A stretch of DNA of 64,000 nucleotides from Bacteriovoracia bacterium (GTDB taxonomy: Bacteria > Bdellovibrionota > UBA1018 > JBFWNL01): positions 160,001 to 224,000 of the forward strand of contig JBFWNL010000003.1 of the NCBI GenBank assembly GCA_050251055.1, given 5' to 3'. Below, piece after piece: positions 55,752 to 64,000 of the stretch (positions within the stretch are counted from its first letter, which is position 1; every line of letters begins with the position of its first letter). Made by a program: the position numbers and the translations under genes. The notes under the pieces are model-generated. The model saw only the letters and a program-made list of their open reading frames with translations, ran no database searches and had not been told where the DNA came from.

Positions 55752-56636
55752 ATGGTATTCGGCGAAAAGGTTAACTATTACGACGTACTCGAGCTCGCGC
55801 CGGACGCGACTCCCCAGGAAATCCGTGAGGCCTACACGCGGCTTAAATCCGCCTACGGTAAGGACAGCGTCGCGCTCTATAATTTGATCAGCAAGGAAGA
55901 CACCGACGACGTCCGCGGTCAAATCGAAGAGGCTTATCAAGTCCTCTCCAATCCCGAACGCCGCAAGGAATACGACCGCGGCCACGGCGTGCTCGACCCC
56001 GAGCACATGGACCCGCCGGTGCGTGCCCAGAAGAAAATCATTTCCATCGACCGCGTGCCGCCCATGGAAAGCGACGCGGGCGAGGACGAGCTCTTGGTCG
56101 CGCCTTCCACCGATTTTGAATCCAGCCCCGGCATGTCCTACGCGAAACCCGCGCCAAAGACCAAGCCCGCGGAGACCTTCGGCTCGCCCGTGGATCTCGA
56201 AGCGGAGGCCCGCGTATTGAATCCGGCGCCCCGGACGACCCAAAGCAATCAGATGAGACCAGCCCCGGCCGTGTCCGCCGCCGCGGAGCCCACGCCAACC
56301 CCGGTACCTACCCCCGTCTATCAAGCGCCAGTCGAGGACACGACGCCCGACGGGCTCAGCGCGAAGATTAACGACCAAGTCGAATGGCGCGGCATATTCC
56401 TGAAGGAAATACGCGAAGCGCGCAACATCTCGATCGAGGAAATGGCCGACTACACGAAGATCAGCCGCAGCTACCTGCGCGCTATCGAGGAAGATGACTT
56501 CGACAAGCTTCCCGCGCCGGTTTACATTCGCGGATTCGTGGTCCAAATCGCCAAGAAACTGAAGTTACCCCATGAAAAGGTGGCCCTCGCCTACCTCGCC
56601 CGCTACCGCCAGATGGCGGAATCCAAGAAAGCCTAG
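55752..56636 (+). CDS. DnaJ-like domain plus RodZ-type HTH protein
   Basis: NYYDVLEL...EIREAY...AYQVLSNPERRKEYD without HPD. C-terminal TKISRSYLRAIE...YIRGF. Confidence 0.82.
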   Translation: MVFGEKVNYYDVLELAPDATPQEIREAYTRLKSAYGKDSVALYNLISKEDTDDVRGQIEEAYQVLSNPERRKEYDRGHGVLDPEHMDPPVRAQKKIISIDRVPPMESDAGEDELLVAPSTDFESSPGMSYAKPAPKTKPAETFGSPVDLEAEARVLNPAPRTTQSNQMRPAPAVSAAAEPTPTPVPTPVYQAPVEDTTPDGLSAKINDQVEWRGIFLKEIREARNISIEEMADYTKISRSYLRAIEEDDFDKLPAPVYIRGFVVQIAKKLKLPHEKVALAYLARYRQMAESKKA

Positions 56637-56639
56637 CCC

Positions 56640-57683
56640 GTGCCACGAATCTGGATCTGGCAAATCGAGGAAAGCCCGGCGGGTTCGCGTAGCGATGTCG
56701 TCATCTTCCAGGCCCTGCAGTCCGGGGCCGGAGTATGGCAAGGCAACGCAAGCCCACCCAGCCTATCCCGCACGCAGGTACAGCGATTGCTCGAGTCGGA
56801 CGGCGCATGGGTCAACGGGGAGCCCTTCAGAAAAAAAACGAGGTTGCAGGCCGGTGACGAAGTTCGTCTGACGGTGGCGGACGCGAAACCCGCGGCGGCC
56901 GTTGCCCAGGACCTTCCCGTGGAAATTTTATTCGAGGACGAGCACCTGGCGATCGTCAATAAACCCAAGGGAATTTCGGTACACCCTTCGCCGGCCGAAC
57001 GGGACGGCACTCTTGTCAACGCGCTCCTCTACCGGATCAAGAAACTGAGCGGGGTCGGCGGCATCTTGCGGCCTGGCATCGTTCATCGCATCGACAAGGA
57101 TACCAGCGGCGTGCTGGTCGTGAGCAAGTCGGACGAGGCCCATCACCGTTTGGCGAAGACTTTCGCCAAACATGAGATCGAGCGCCGCTACCTAGCGCTT
57201 TGCTACGGCCGGCCGAAAGCAATTAAACCTTTCACGATCGAGAGCCTGATCGGACGGAATCCGAAAGACCGGAAAAAAATGTCCATGACGGTGAAGGAAG
57301 GGCGCCGCGCCGTGACCCACGTGAAGGTGCTCGAGGCCTATCACACGGCATCGCGCCAGCCCATGGCGTGCCTCGTGGAGGCGACCTTGGAGACGGGCCG
57401 CACGCACCAGGTCCGGGTGCATCTGGCTGGCATCGGCTGCTCAATTCTGGGCGACCCTACCTACGGCAAGCCCACGGAGAATCAGAAGAAGTGGAAGGAC
57501 CTCGCGGTCGGGGTTCGCGAAGCCGTGCGCGGCCTGCGGGGGCAAGCGCTGCACGCCCAGCTCCTCGCTTTTGCCCATCCCATTACTGGAGCTCCGCTTC
57601 GCTTTGAGGCCCCGCCACCCGCCGACTTCCAGGCCGTGTGGGATGCGCTGAAAGCTTCGCAAGCCAAAGGGGCAAGGCGATGA
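56640..57683 (+). CDS. rluD: RluA-family pseudouridine synthase (RluD-like)
   Basis: S4-like N-terminus, VNKPKG, HRIDKDTSG, TGRTHQVRVH, LHA. Confidence 0.9.
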   Translation: MPRIWIWQIEESPAGSRSDVVIFQALQSGAGVWQGNASPPSLSRTQVQRLLESDGAWVNGEPFRKKTRLQAGDEVRLTVADAKPAAAVAQDLPVEILFEDEHLAIVNKPKGISVHPSPAERDGTLVNALLYRIKKLSGVGGILRPGIVHRIDKDTSGVLVVSKSDEAHHRLAKTFAKHEIERRYLALCYGRPKAIKPFTIESLIGRNPKDRKKMSMTVKEGRRAVTHVKVLEAYHTASRQPMACLVEATLETGRTHQVRVHLAGIGCSILGDPTYGKPTENQKKWKDLAVGVREAVRGLRGQALHAQLLAFAHPITGAPLRFEAPPPADFQAVWDALKASQAKGARR

Positions 57684-58393
57684 ATACCGGCCAGGAGCAA
57701 GCTTGGTTCACGGGCCAGGAACTCGCGAAAGTGCCGGGCATTCGCCATGGTTTCGGCAGCGCGCTCGCGCCGATCGCCGATCCCTTCCTCAAAGACTGGC
57801 CGGAAACCTCGCCGCGCTGGAAACAGGTGCACGGCGATCGCTGTGTGGAAGTACGGGCGCGCCAGCAGGTCTGTGGAGAAACCGACGCGCTCTGCACGGC
57901 CCAGACCGGGCTGCCGGTGGGCGTAGTGACCGCGGACTGCGTGCCGATCCTGCTCGCGCACGCCGACGGCGGTCACGTCGCCGCGATCCACGCCGGTTGG
58001 CGCGGGACGATCGCGCGGATCGTGCGTCATACCTGGGATTCATTTCCGAAGGACTGGCCCCGCCGGGACTGGGTCGCGGCTATCGGGCCCGCGATTGGAC
58101 CCTGCTGTTACGAGGTCAGCGAAGAGCTGGCCGCACGCTTTGCCTCCGATTTTTCGAATCTGCACCCCGCCGAAATCTTGCCGCGGCGACGCCACCTCGA
58201 TCTCCAGGCGGTGAACCGCCAAGAACTGACCGCGCTCGGCATTCAGAAAATTGACGTTCTTCGGCTCTGCACGCGTTGCCAAGAAACGACGGCCGCCGGT
58301 GAAAATCCCGTGAAAAAGCCGCTTTTTCACAGCTTCCGGCGTGATGGCGCGGGCACCCGGCAATGGTCCATTATCGAGATTCTGGCGAAATAA
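57680..58393 (+). CDS. pgeF: Peptidoglycan editing factor PgeF/YfiH
   Basis: QVHG, TADCVPILL, HAGWRG, GPAIGPCCYEV, SFRR. ATGA overlap with rluD. Confidence 0.92.
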   Translation: MNTGQEQAWFTGQELAKVPGIRHGFGSALAPIADPFLKDWPETSPRWKQVHGDRCVEVRARQQVCGETDALCTAQTGLPVGVVTADCVPILLAHADGGHVAAIHAGWRGTIARIVRHTWDSFPKDWPRRDWVAAIGPAIGPCCYEVSEELAARFASDFSNLHPAEILPRRRHLDLQAVNRQELTALGIQKIDVLRLCTRCQETTAAGENPVKKPLFHSFRRDGAGTRQWSIIEILAK

Positions 58394-58596
58394 TGGCGCC
58401 GTTTTCGCGCCAAGTTCAAGACGGCCACCTCTAAATTTCCCGAGCTTTTTCGTATATTTCCGACGATTAATCGCGTCACATCAATCAACCTAGTTGGGTT
58501 CAATTTCCTAAAGGCGTAGGCAGAAAAGGCCGAATTGAGTCTTAGAACAAGCTTGAAAACAAGCTTTGGGTACAAGGCTCGGAGGAGACTGACTGA

Positions 58597-61053
58597 ATGG
58601 TCACCAACTATGACGGCGAACAAGTAGAGATACCAGAAGTACTTCCCATGCTACCGGTACGGGACATCGTGGTTTTCCCGTACATGATCATCCCGCTCTT
58701 CGTGGGGCGCGATTCCTCCATCCAAAGCGTCGAGGAAGCGCTCTCGCGCTCCGACCGCCTGATCCTCCTGGCTTCCCAGAAAGACATCACGGACGAGCAC
58801 CCAAGCCCCGACCGCATCTACAACGTCGGCACCGTCGCCATGATCATGCGCATGCGCAAGCTCCCCGACGGTCGGATCAAGATCCTGACCCAAGGCCTGT
58901 GCAAAGCTAAGATTAACGAATTCACCCAGACGCAGCCTTACTTCCAGGTCCGCGTGACCAAGGTGGAGAACACCGTCACCGGATTGGTTTCGGAGCATGA
59001 AGCGCTTATCCGCAACGTGCGCGAGCAGCTGGAGAAGATTATCAACCTGGGTAAGGTGCTCGCCCCGGACATCCTGATGGTCCTTGAAGACATCAACGAC
59101 CCTGGGCGCATGGCGGACCTTATCGCCTCGAATCTGGGCCTGAAAGTCAACGACGCCCAAGACGTGCTCGAAGTCACCGATTCGTTCGAGCGCCTGAAGC
59201 GCGTGCACGACCACCTGATTAAGGAATACGAAGTCCTCACCTTGCAAGCTAAGATCCGCTCGCAAGCCAAGGACGAGATGACGAAATCGCAGAAGGAATA
59301 CTTCCTCCGCGAGCAAATCCGCGCCATCAAAAACGAGCTCGGCGACGCCGACTCGAAGGGCGAAGAGATGGACGAGCTCAAGGATAAGATCATCAACTGC
59401 AAGATGCCCCAGGAAGTCGAGCACGAAGCCCTCAAGCAGCTGGGCCGCCTCGAGCGGATGCACCCGGAAGCTTCCGAAGCCTCCATGCTCCGCACCTACA
59501 TCGACTGGCTGATTGATACCCCTTGGAGCAAACAGAGCGAGGACAACCTCGACCTAGCGCGCGCCAAGGCGATCCTGGACGAAGACCACTTCAATCTTCA
59601 GAAGATCAAGGAACGCGTGCTTGAATATCTCGCGGTCCGCAAGCTGAAGAACAAGATGAAAGGCCCCATTCTTTGCTTCTCGGGCCCCCCGGGCGTGGGT
59701 AAAACCTCGCTGGGCCGCTCGATCGCGCGCGCCTTGGGCCGCAGCTTTGTGCGGATCTCCCTGGGCGGCGTGAAGGACGAAGCCGAAATCCGTGGTCACC
59801 GGCGCACTTACGTCGGCGCGCTCCCCGGCCGCATCGTGCAGGGCCTGAAACAAGCCGGCACGAACAACCCGGTCTTCGTACTCGACGAAATCGACAAACT
59901 TGGCAGCGACTTCCGCGGTGATCCGTCGGCGGCGCTCCTGGAGTTGCTCGACCCCGAACAGAACTTTTCTTTCCGGGATCATTACTTGAACGTCCCGTTC
60001 GACGTCTCGAACGTGATGTTCATCGCGACCTGCAACATGCTGGATACGATTCCGTCCGCGCTTCGCGACCGCATGGAGATCATCCAGCTGTCGGGTTACA
60101 TGGAAGAGGAAAAGTACCACATCACCAAGCGCCACCTCATTCCGAAGCAGATCGAAGAGAATGGCCTGAAGGAAAAGCAGATCCAGTTCACCGAAGAAGG
60201 CGTGAAAACCATCATCGGTCAGTACACCCGTGAAGCCGGGTTGCGTAACCTAGAGCGCCAAGTCGCCACGGTTTGCCGCAAGACCGCGCGCCGCGTGGCG
60301 GAAGGCACGGCCGAAAAAACCGTGATCACGCCGGAGTTGGTCTACAAGTTCTTGGGGCCCCCTCCGTATATCCGCGAAGACGAGCAGGAAAAGGACGAAG
60401 TCGGCATCGCCACGGGCTTAGCCTGGACGGCGGTCGGCGGGGAGATCCTCTACGTGGAAACCACGGCGAACAAAGGCAAGGGAGGCATTAGCCTCACCGG
60501 CCAACTGGGCGACGTGATGCGTGAATCCGGCCAAACCGCTCTCGGTTTGATCCGGTGGCGCGCGAAGGATTTCGGCATCAACGAGAACGTGTTCGCGAAC
60601 ACCGATATCCACATCCACTTCCCGGCGGGCGCTGTGCCCAAGGACGGTCCGTCGGCAGGTATCACCGTCACCAGCGCGATTATCTCGCGCCTGACGGGCG
60701 TACCCCTCCGCAAAGACGTCGCCATGACGGGTGAGATCACCCTCACCGGCCGCGTGCTCCCGATCGGAGGCTTGAAGGAAAAAGCACTGGCCGCGATGAG
60801 ACATGGCATCAAAACCATCATCATCCCGGACAAGAACAAGAAGGATCTCGAGGATATCCCGGACGAGTTCCGCGAGCAGATGGAATTCATCCCCGTGAAG
60901 ACCATCGACGAAGTCCTCGATATCGTTCTCGTGAAGAAGATCACCCGCCTGAACGTGAAGAAGGGCGGCGGCGGCAAGGAATCCAAGTCGAAGGCGACGA
61001 AGAAAATCCTGCCGACGGCGGCGGCCAACTCGATCGCCGCCAAGTCGAAGTAG
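58597..61053 (+). CDS. lon: ATP-dependent Lon protease
   Basis: GPPGVGKTS, RRTYVGA, PKDGPSAG, PIGGLKEK. Confidence 0.98.
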   Translation: MVTNYDGEQVEIPEVLPMLPVRDIVVFPYMIIPLFVGRDSSIQSVEEALSRSDRLILLASQKDITDEHPSPDRIYNVGTVAMIMRMRKLPDGRIKILTQGLCKAKINEFTQTQPYFQVRVTKVENTVTGLVSEHEALIRNVREQLEKIINLGKVLAPDILMVLEDINDPGRMADLIASNLGLKVNDAQDVLEVTDSFERLKRVHDHLIKEYEVLTLQAKIRSQAKDEMTKSQKEYFLREQIRAIKNELGDADSKGEEMDELKDKIINCKMPQEVEHEALKQLGRLERMHPEASEASMLRTYIDWLIDTPWSKQSEDNLDLARAKAILDEDHFNLQKIKERVLEYLAVRKLKNKMKGPILCFSGPPGVGKTSLGRSIARALGRSFVRISLGGVKDEAEIRGHRRTYVGALPGRIVQGLKQAGTNNPVFVLDEIDKLGSDFRGDPSAALLELLDPEQNFSFRDHYLNVPFDVSNVMFIATCNMLDTIPSALRDRMEIIQLSGYMEEEKYHITKRHLIPKQIEENGLKEKQIQFTEEGVKTIIGQYTREAGLRNLERQVATVCRKTARRVAEGTAEKTVITPELVYKFLGPPPYIREDEQEKDEVGIATGLAWTAVGGEILYVETTANKGKGGISLTGQLGDVMRESGQTALGLIRWRAKDFGINENVFANTDIHIHFPAGAVPKDGPSAGITVTSAIISRLTGVPLRKDVAMTGEITLTGRVLPIGGLKEKALAAMRHGIKTIIIPDKNKKDLEDIPDEFREQMEFIPVKTIDEVLDIVLVKKITRLNVKKGGGGKESKSKATKKILPTAAANSIAAKSK

Positions 61054-61091
61054 CGCGCCACGGTGGTTTGGGTTAGACTCGACCGTACTCC

Positions 61092-62132
61092 GTGACGGCA
61101 TTCGAAGCGATTTTCTGTATATTTCTCATGGCGACCTCCGCGATATTCTCGTCGTCGGAGGTCGCCCTCTTTAGCCTTTCCCGCTTCCAGCTCCGCTATC
61201 TCCGCGAAAACTTCGGAAACGCCTACAAGAAAATCCGTAGGCTGCTCTCCGATCCCGGTGGATTGCTTTTGACCATCCTGATCGCGAATGAGGTGGTGAA
61301 CATCTCGCTTTCGACCGTGATCGAAAGCGCCATTGCCCGCAACTGGGAGGCGATCGCCGCCACCCTGCCCGGTACCTGGCCGACGACCATCCCCCCTTGG
61401 CAGCTGCAGATGGCAATGGGCATCCTGATCACCACCCCGATCATCCTGCTCATCTGCGACGTCACGCCGAAAGTCTTCGGTGCCCGGGCAAATCAGATGA
61501 TCGCGACGCTGCTCGCGGGCTTTGTCCTCCAGGCCTTTCGTGTGACCGGACCGCTGCGGATACTCACGAAGCGCGTCGTCTACCTGCTAACGGGACAGCG
61601 GAAGGACTTTCGCGATCACGATTCGCACCCCACTAAGATCATCAAGGAAGAGGACTTTTTGCTGATGGTCGAAGAGGGCCATAAGGAAGGCATGGTGAAC
61701 GAAAGCGAGGTGGACCTGATCCAAAAGGTCTTCAAGCTCGATAACACCCAAGTTTCCCAAATCTTTACGCCGCTGCAGCAAGCCTTCACGATGCCCGCCA
61801 CGACCACGATCTCGATCGCCTTGGCCGAGATCCAGCGCCGCAAATTTTACCGCATCCCCATCTACGGCAAAAGCCGCTCGGCCATCATCGGCATCCTATA
61901 CGCGAAAGACCTTATGGCCGCAAAGCTCAATCCCCAGCTCGGATCCCAGCCGGTGGACCGGATGATCCGCAAACCCCTCTTCGTGGCCGCCTCTTTGCCG
62001 GTGAATTCACTGTTCACGCAGCTCAAGCGCAACAAAACCCACATGGCGGTGGTGGTAGACGACAGACAAAACGCACTAGGCATCGTGACCCTGGGGGACA
62101 TTATCGATGAGCTATTCGAGGACATCCTATGA
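61092..62132 (+). CDS. CNNM/DUF21 plus CBS protein (hemolysin/CorB family)
   Basis: FSSSEVALFSL, TILIANEVVN, CBS pair. No C-terminal CorC domain. Confidence 0.88.
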   Translation: MTAFEAIFCIFLMATSAIFSSSEVALFSLSRFQLRYLRENFGNAYKKIRRLLSDPGGLLLTILIANEVVNISLSTVIESAIARNWEAIAATLPGTWPTTIPPWQLQMAMGILITTPIILLICDVTPKVFGARANQMIATLLAGFVLQAFRVTGPLRILTKRVVYLLTGQRKDFRDHDSHPTKIIKEEDFLLMVEEGHKEGMVNESEVDLIQKVFKLDNTQVSQIFTPLQQAFTMPATTTISIALAEIQRRKFYRIPIYGKSRSAIIGILYAKDLMAAKLNPQLGSQPVDRMIRKPLFVAASLPVNSLFTQLKRNKTHMAVVVDDRQNALGIVTLGDIIDELFEDIL

Positions 62133-63406
62133 ATTTGGCCCTCGATATCGTCGACATGATAAAGATCATCCCCGCGCTCATCTTGCTCGAGGGTTTTTTT
62201 TCGGGCTCCGAACTCGCGCTGCTATCGGCGGACCGGATCAAGCTAAAGATGGCCGCAAAGGATGGTTCGCCCGGAGCCGGCTTGGCGCTACGTCTGCTGG
62301 ACCAGGTGCATCGCATTTTCTCCACCACCATCTTAGTGGCGGTCGCTTCGGTGGTCGCCGTTTCCGGATTGATTACGATCTATATTAATGAGCGTGGATA
62401 TGCGCACGGGACCTTGCTGGCGATCCTAGTGACTTCGCCTTTGATCGTGATTTTCGGAGAGCTCATCCCGAAGGTGATCTTTCAACGCCACGCCAACCGC
62501 CTGGCCCCTTGGGTTTCATATCCCGTCTACGGTCTTTATTTGCTGCTATATCCGATCACCTTCCTGCTCTCGGCGGTAACTTCGCGGCTCGAGAAGCTCG
62601 TGGTCCCCATGCAGGAGCTCATCATCGGACGCCAGCAAACCACCCGCGACGAGCTGCGCTCGCTCTTGAGCATGGGCAAGAAGGAAACCGCGATCAAGAC
62701 GACCGAAAAACGCATGATCAAGCGCATCTTCGACTTCACTAATAGTGAAGCGCAGCAGGCCTTGATCCCGTTGGTTAAAGTCGATGCCCTGGAGTCCTCT
62801 TCCACCGTTCAAGAAGCCCTCCTCGAGTTCCAGCGCCATCGGCATTCGCGCGTCCCGGTTTACACGGAACGCGTGGATAACATCATAGGCTTGCTCGAGG
62901 TGTCCGATCTTTTCAGCGCCGCGGATCTTTCCACGCGCATCGATACCCTGGTCACCCCCGCCCACTATATTTCCGAGACCCAGTCCCTGGAGGACGCGTT
63001 CGTGGAGATGCAAAACGCGAAATGGGAAATGGCGATCGTCGTAGACGAATACGGCGGAGCCGTCGGAATTCTGACGATCGAGGATATCGTGGAGGAAATC
63101 GTCGGAGAAATCAGCGATGAGTACGACACCGAATCCTCCCTGTTCCGGGCGCTCTCCGAAACGAGCTGGATTATCCCCGCCCGGACCGAAGTGAAGAAGA
63201 TCAACGAGGCCCTTCCGTTGTCGTTGCCCGAGGGCGATTACGAGACGTTGGCGGGCTTTCTGCTGCAGCAGTTCGGACGGATCCCCAACATCAACGACGA
63301 GCTTTTCTTCACCACGCGCGCCGGCCAAGTGAAGTTCATCGTGATGGAAGCGAGCCGTCGATCCATCGACAAAGTCACCGTCGAGCTCACGCCGTCAAGC
63401 GAATGA
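62129..63406 (+). CDS. CNNM/DUF21, CBS and CorC_HlyC protein
   Basis: FFSGSELAL, FGELIPK, VDEYGG, EDIVEEIVGEI, YETLAGF. Confidence 0.9.
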   Translation: MNLALDIVDMIKIIPALILLEGFFSGSELALLSADRIKLKMAAKDGSPGAGLALRLLDQVHRIFSTTILVAVASVVAVSGLITIYINERGYAHGTLLAILVTSPLIVIFGELIPKVIFQRHANRLAPWVSYPVYGLYLLLYPITFLLSAVTSRLEKLVVPMQELIIGRQQTTRDELRSLLSMGKKETAIKTTEKRMIKRIFDFTNSEAQQALIPLVKVDALESSSTVQEALLEFQRHRHSRVPVYTERVDNIIGLLEVSDLFSAADLSTRIDTLVTPAHYISETQSLEDAFVEMQNAKWEMAIVVDEYGGAVGILTIEDIVEEIVGEISDEYDTESSLFRALSETSWIIPARTEVKKINEALPLSLPEGDYETLAGFLLQQFGRIPNINDELFFTTRAGQVKFIVMEASRRSIDKVTVELTPSSE

Positions 63407-63465
63407 CGCTAGCCCGGCAAGCCCCGCCGATGGACGTCCAAGCGCGGCTTGTATAGAATGAATGC

Positions 63466-63870
63466 ATGGCGAGGACCGTGCTCATCGTGGATGACGTCAG
63501 TTTCGTGAGGAAGACCTTGGCGGACATCCTCACTAAAGCGCATTTTCAAGTCGTCGGCGAAGCCGAAACCGGCGTGCAAGCCGTGGAAATGTACATGCGG
63601 CTCAAGCCGAATGTCGTCACCATGGACGTCGTGATGCCGCAGATGAGCGGCATCGAAGCCACCCGAAAAATCGTCAAGAAGGACAAGAACGCCCGCATCA
63701 TCATCGTCTCGGCCATGGGGCAAGAGCACATGGTGATGGAGGCGATCAACGCTGGCGCGCGCGACTACATCCTCAAGCCCTTCACCGAAAATGAGATCAT
63801 TCGGACCGTGGAGCACGTGATCACGTCTGATCAAGGTGGAGGATCAGCCCGAAAGGTGGCCAGCAAATGA
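63466..63870 (+). CDS. Single-domain CheY-like response regulator
   Basis: IVDD, MDVVMP, SAMGQ, KPF. Confidence 0.9.
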   Translation: MARTVLIVDDVSFVRKTLADILTKAHFQVVGEAETGVQAVEMYMRLKPNVVTMDVVMPQMSGIEATRKIVKKDKNARIIIVSAMGQEHMVMEAINAGARDYILKPFTENEIIRTVEHVITSDQGGGSARKVASK

Positions 63871-64000
63871 TCCGACTGGTGAACTCCGACACCCTAGATC
63901 TGGCGATGCCGCGCTCTTTTCAGTTTTACCACTTCGGCGCCGTTGAAAAAGCGGTGACCCCTTCCGCGCCCAGCCCAGAGGACCTGAAAGCCATCGTCCA
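63867..64000 (+). CDS. Hypothetical protein, 3' truncated by window
   Basis: ATGA overlap with the response regulator stop. Frame is open to the window end (MIRLVNSDTLDLAMPRSF...). Confidence 0.45.
   Translation, partial: MIRLVNSDTLDLAMPRSFQFYHFGAVEKAVTPSAPSPEDLKAIV

Noticed and set aside
58509-58536. Sigma28-like TAAAG...GCCGAATT upstream of lon
   Set aside because: Spacing is one base off consensus and the -10 element is imperfect.

Overview
This is a GC-rich (roughly 60% by eye) bacterial chromosome segment. A Bdellovibrionota/Oligoflexia-like host is inferred from gene content: a TIGR02147-like protein, many secreted lipoproteins and proteases, a DUF4911-like gene and a MinD/DnaJ-HTH/RluA block. 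Contents in order: (1) 1-7.3 kb, an orphan biosynthetic cluster of KAS III, extended SDR, MBL hydrolase, F390-synthetase-like adenylating enzyme, ABC exporter and a convergent ATP-grasp gene. (2) 7.4-16.4 kb, a lipase-like gene, a TadB-like gene and cpoB-LysM-dprA-topA. (3) 16.6-31 kb, an accessory island bracketed by two paralogous lipoproteins. It holds a beta-propeller/di-heme cytochrome c protein and an operon of one large Cys-rich secreted protein plus three paralogous pilin-like proteins with fibre-like Cys-rich tails. This operon has an 18-bp inverted repeat in its leader and is divergent from a TIGR02147-like regulator across an extremely AT-rich spacer. (4) 31-44 kb, secreted proteins: a kinase-like protein, a 1097-aa unknown, two subtilases and OmpA. 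(5) 44-64 kb, mostly housekeeping genes: GNAT, ddl, gdhA, a sigma54 two-component system, polyprenol kinase, MinD-like ATPase, RluA, pgeF, lon, two CNNM proteins and a CheY-like regulator. No rRNA, tRNA, CRISPR array, transposase or integrase was recognised. The best candidate for a novel system is the pilin-fibre operon at 20.1-30.3 kb. All family calls come from motif recognition by eye, not database searches.
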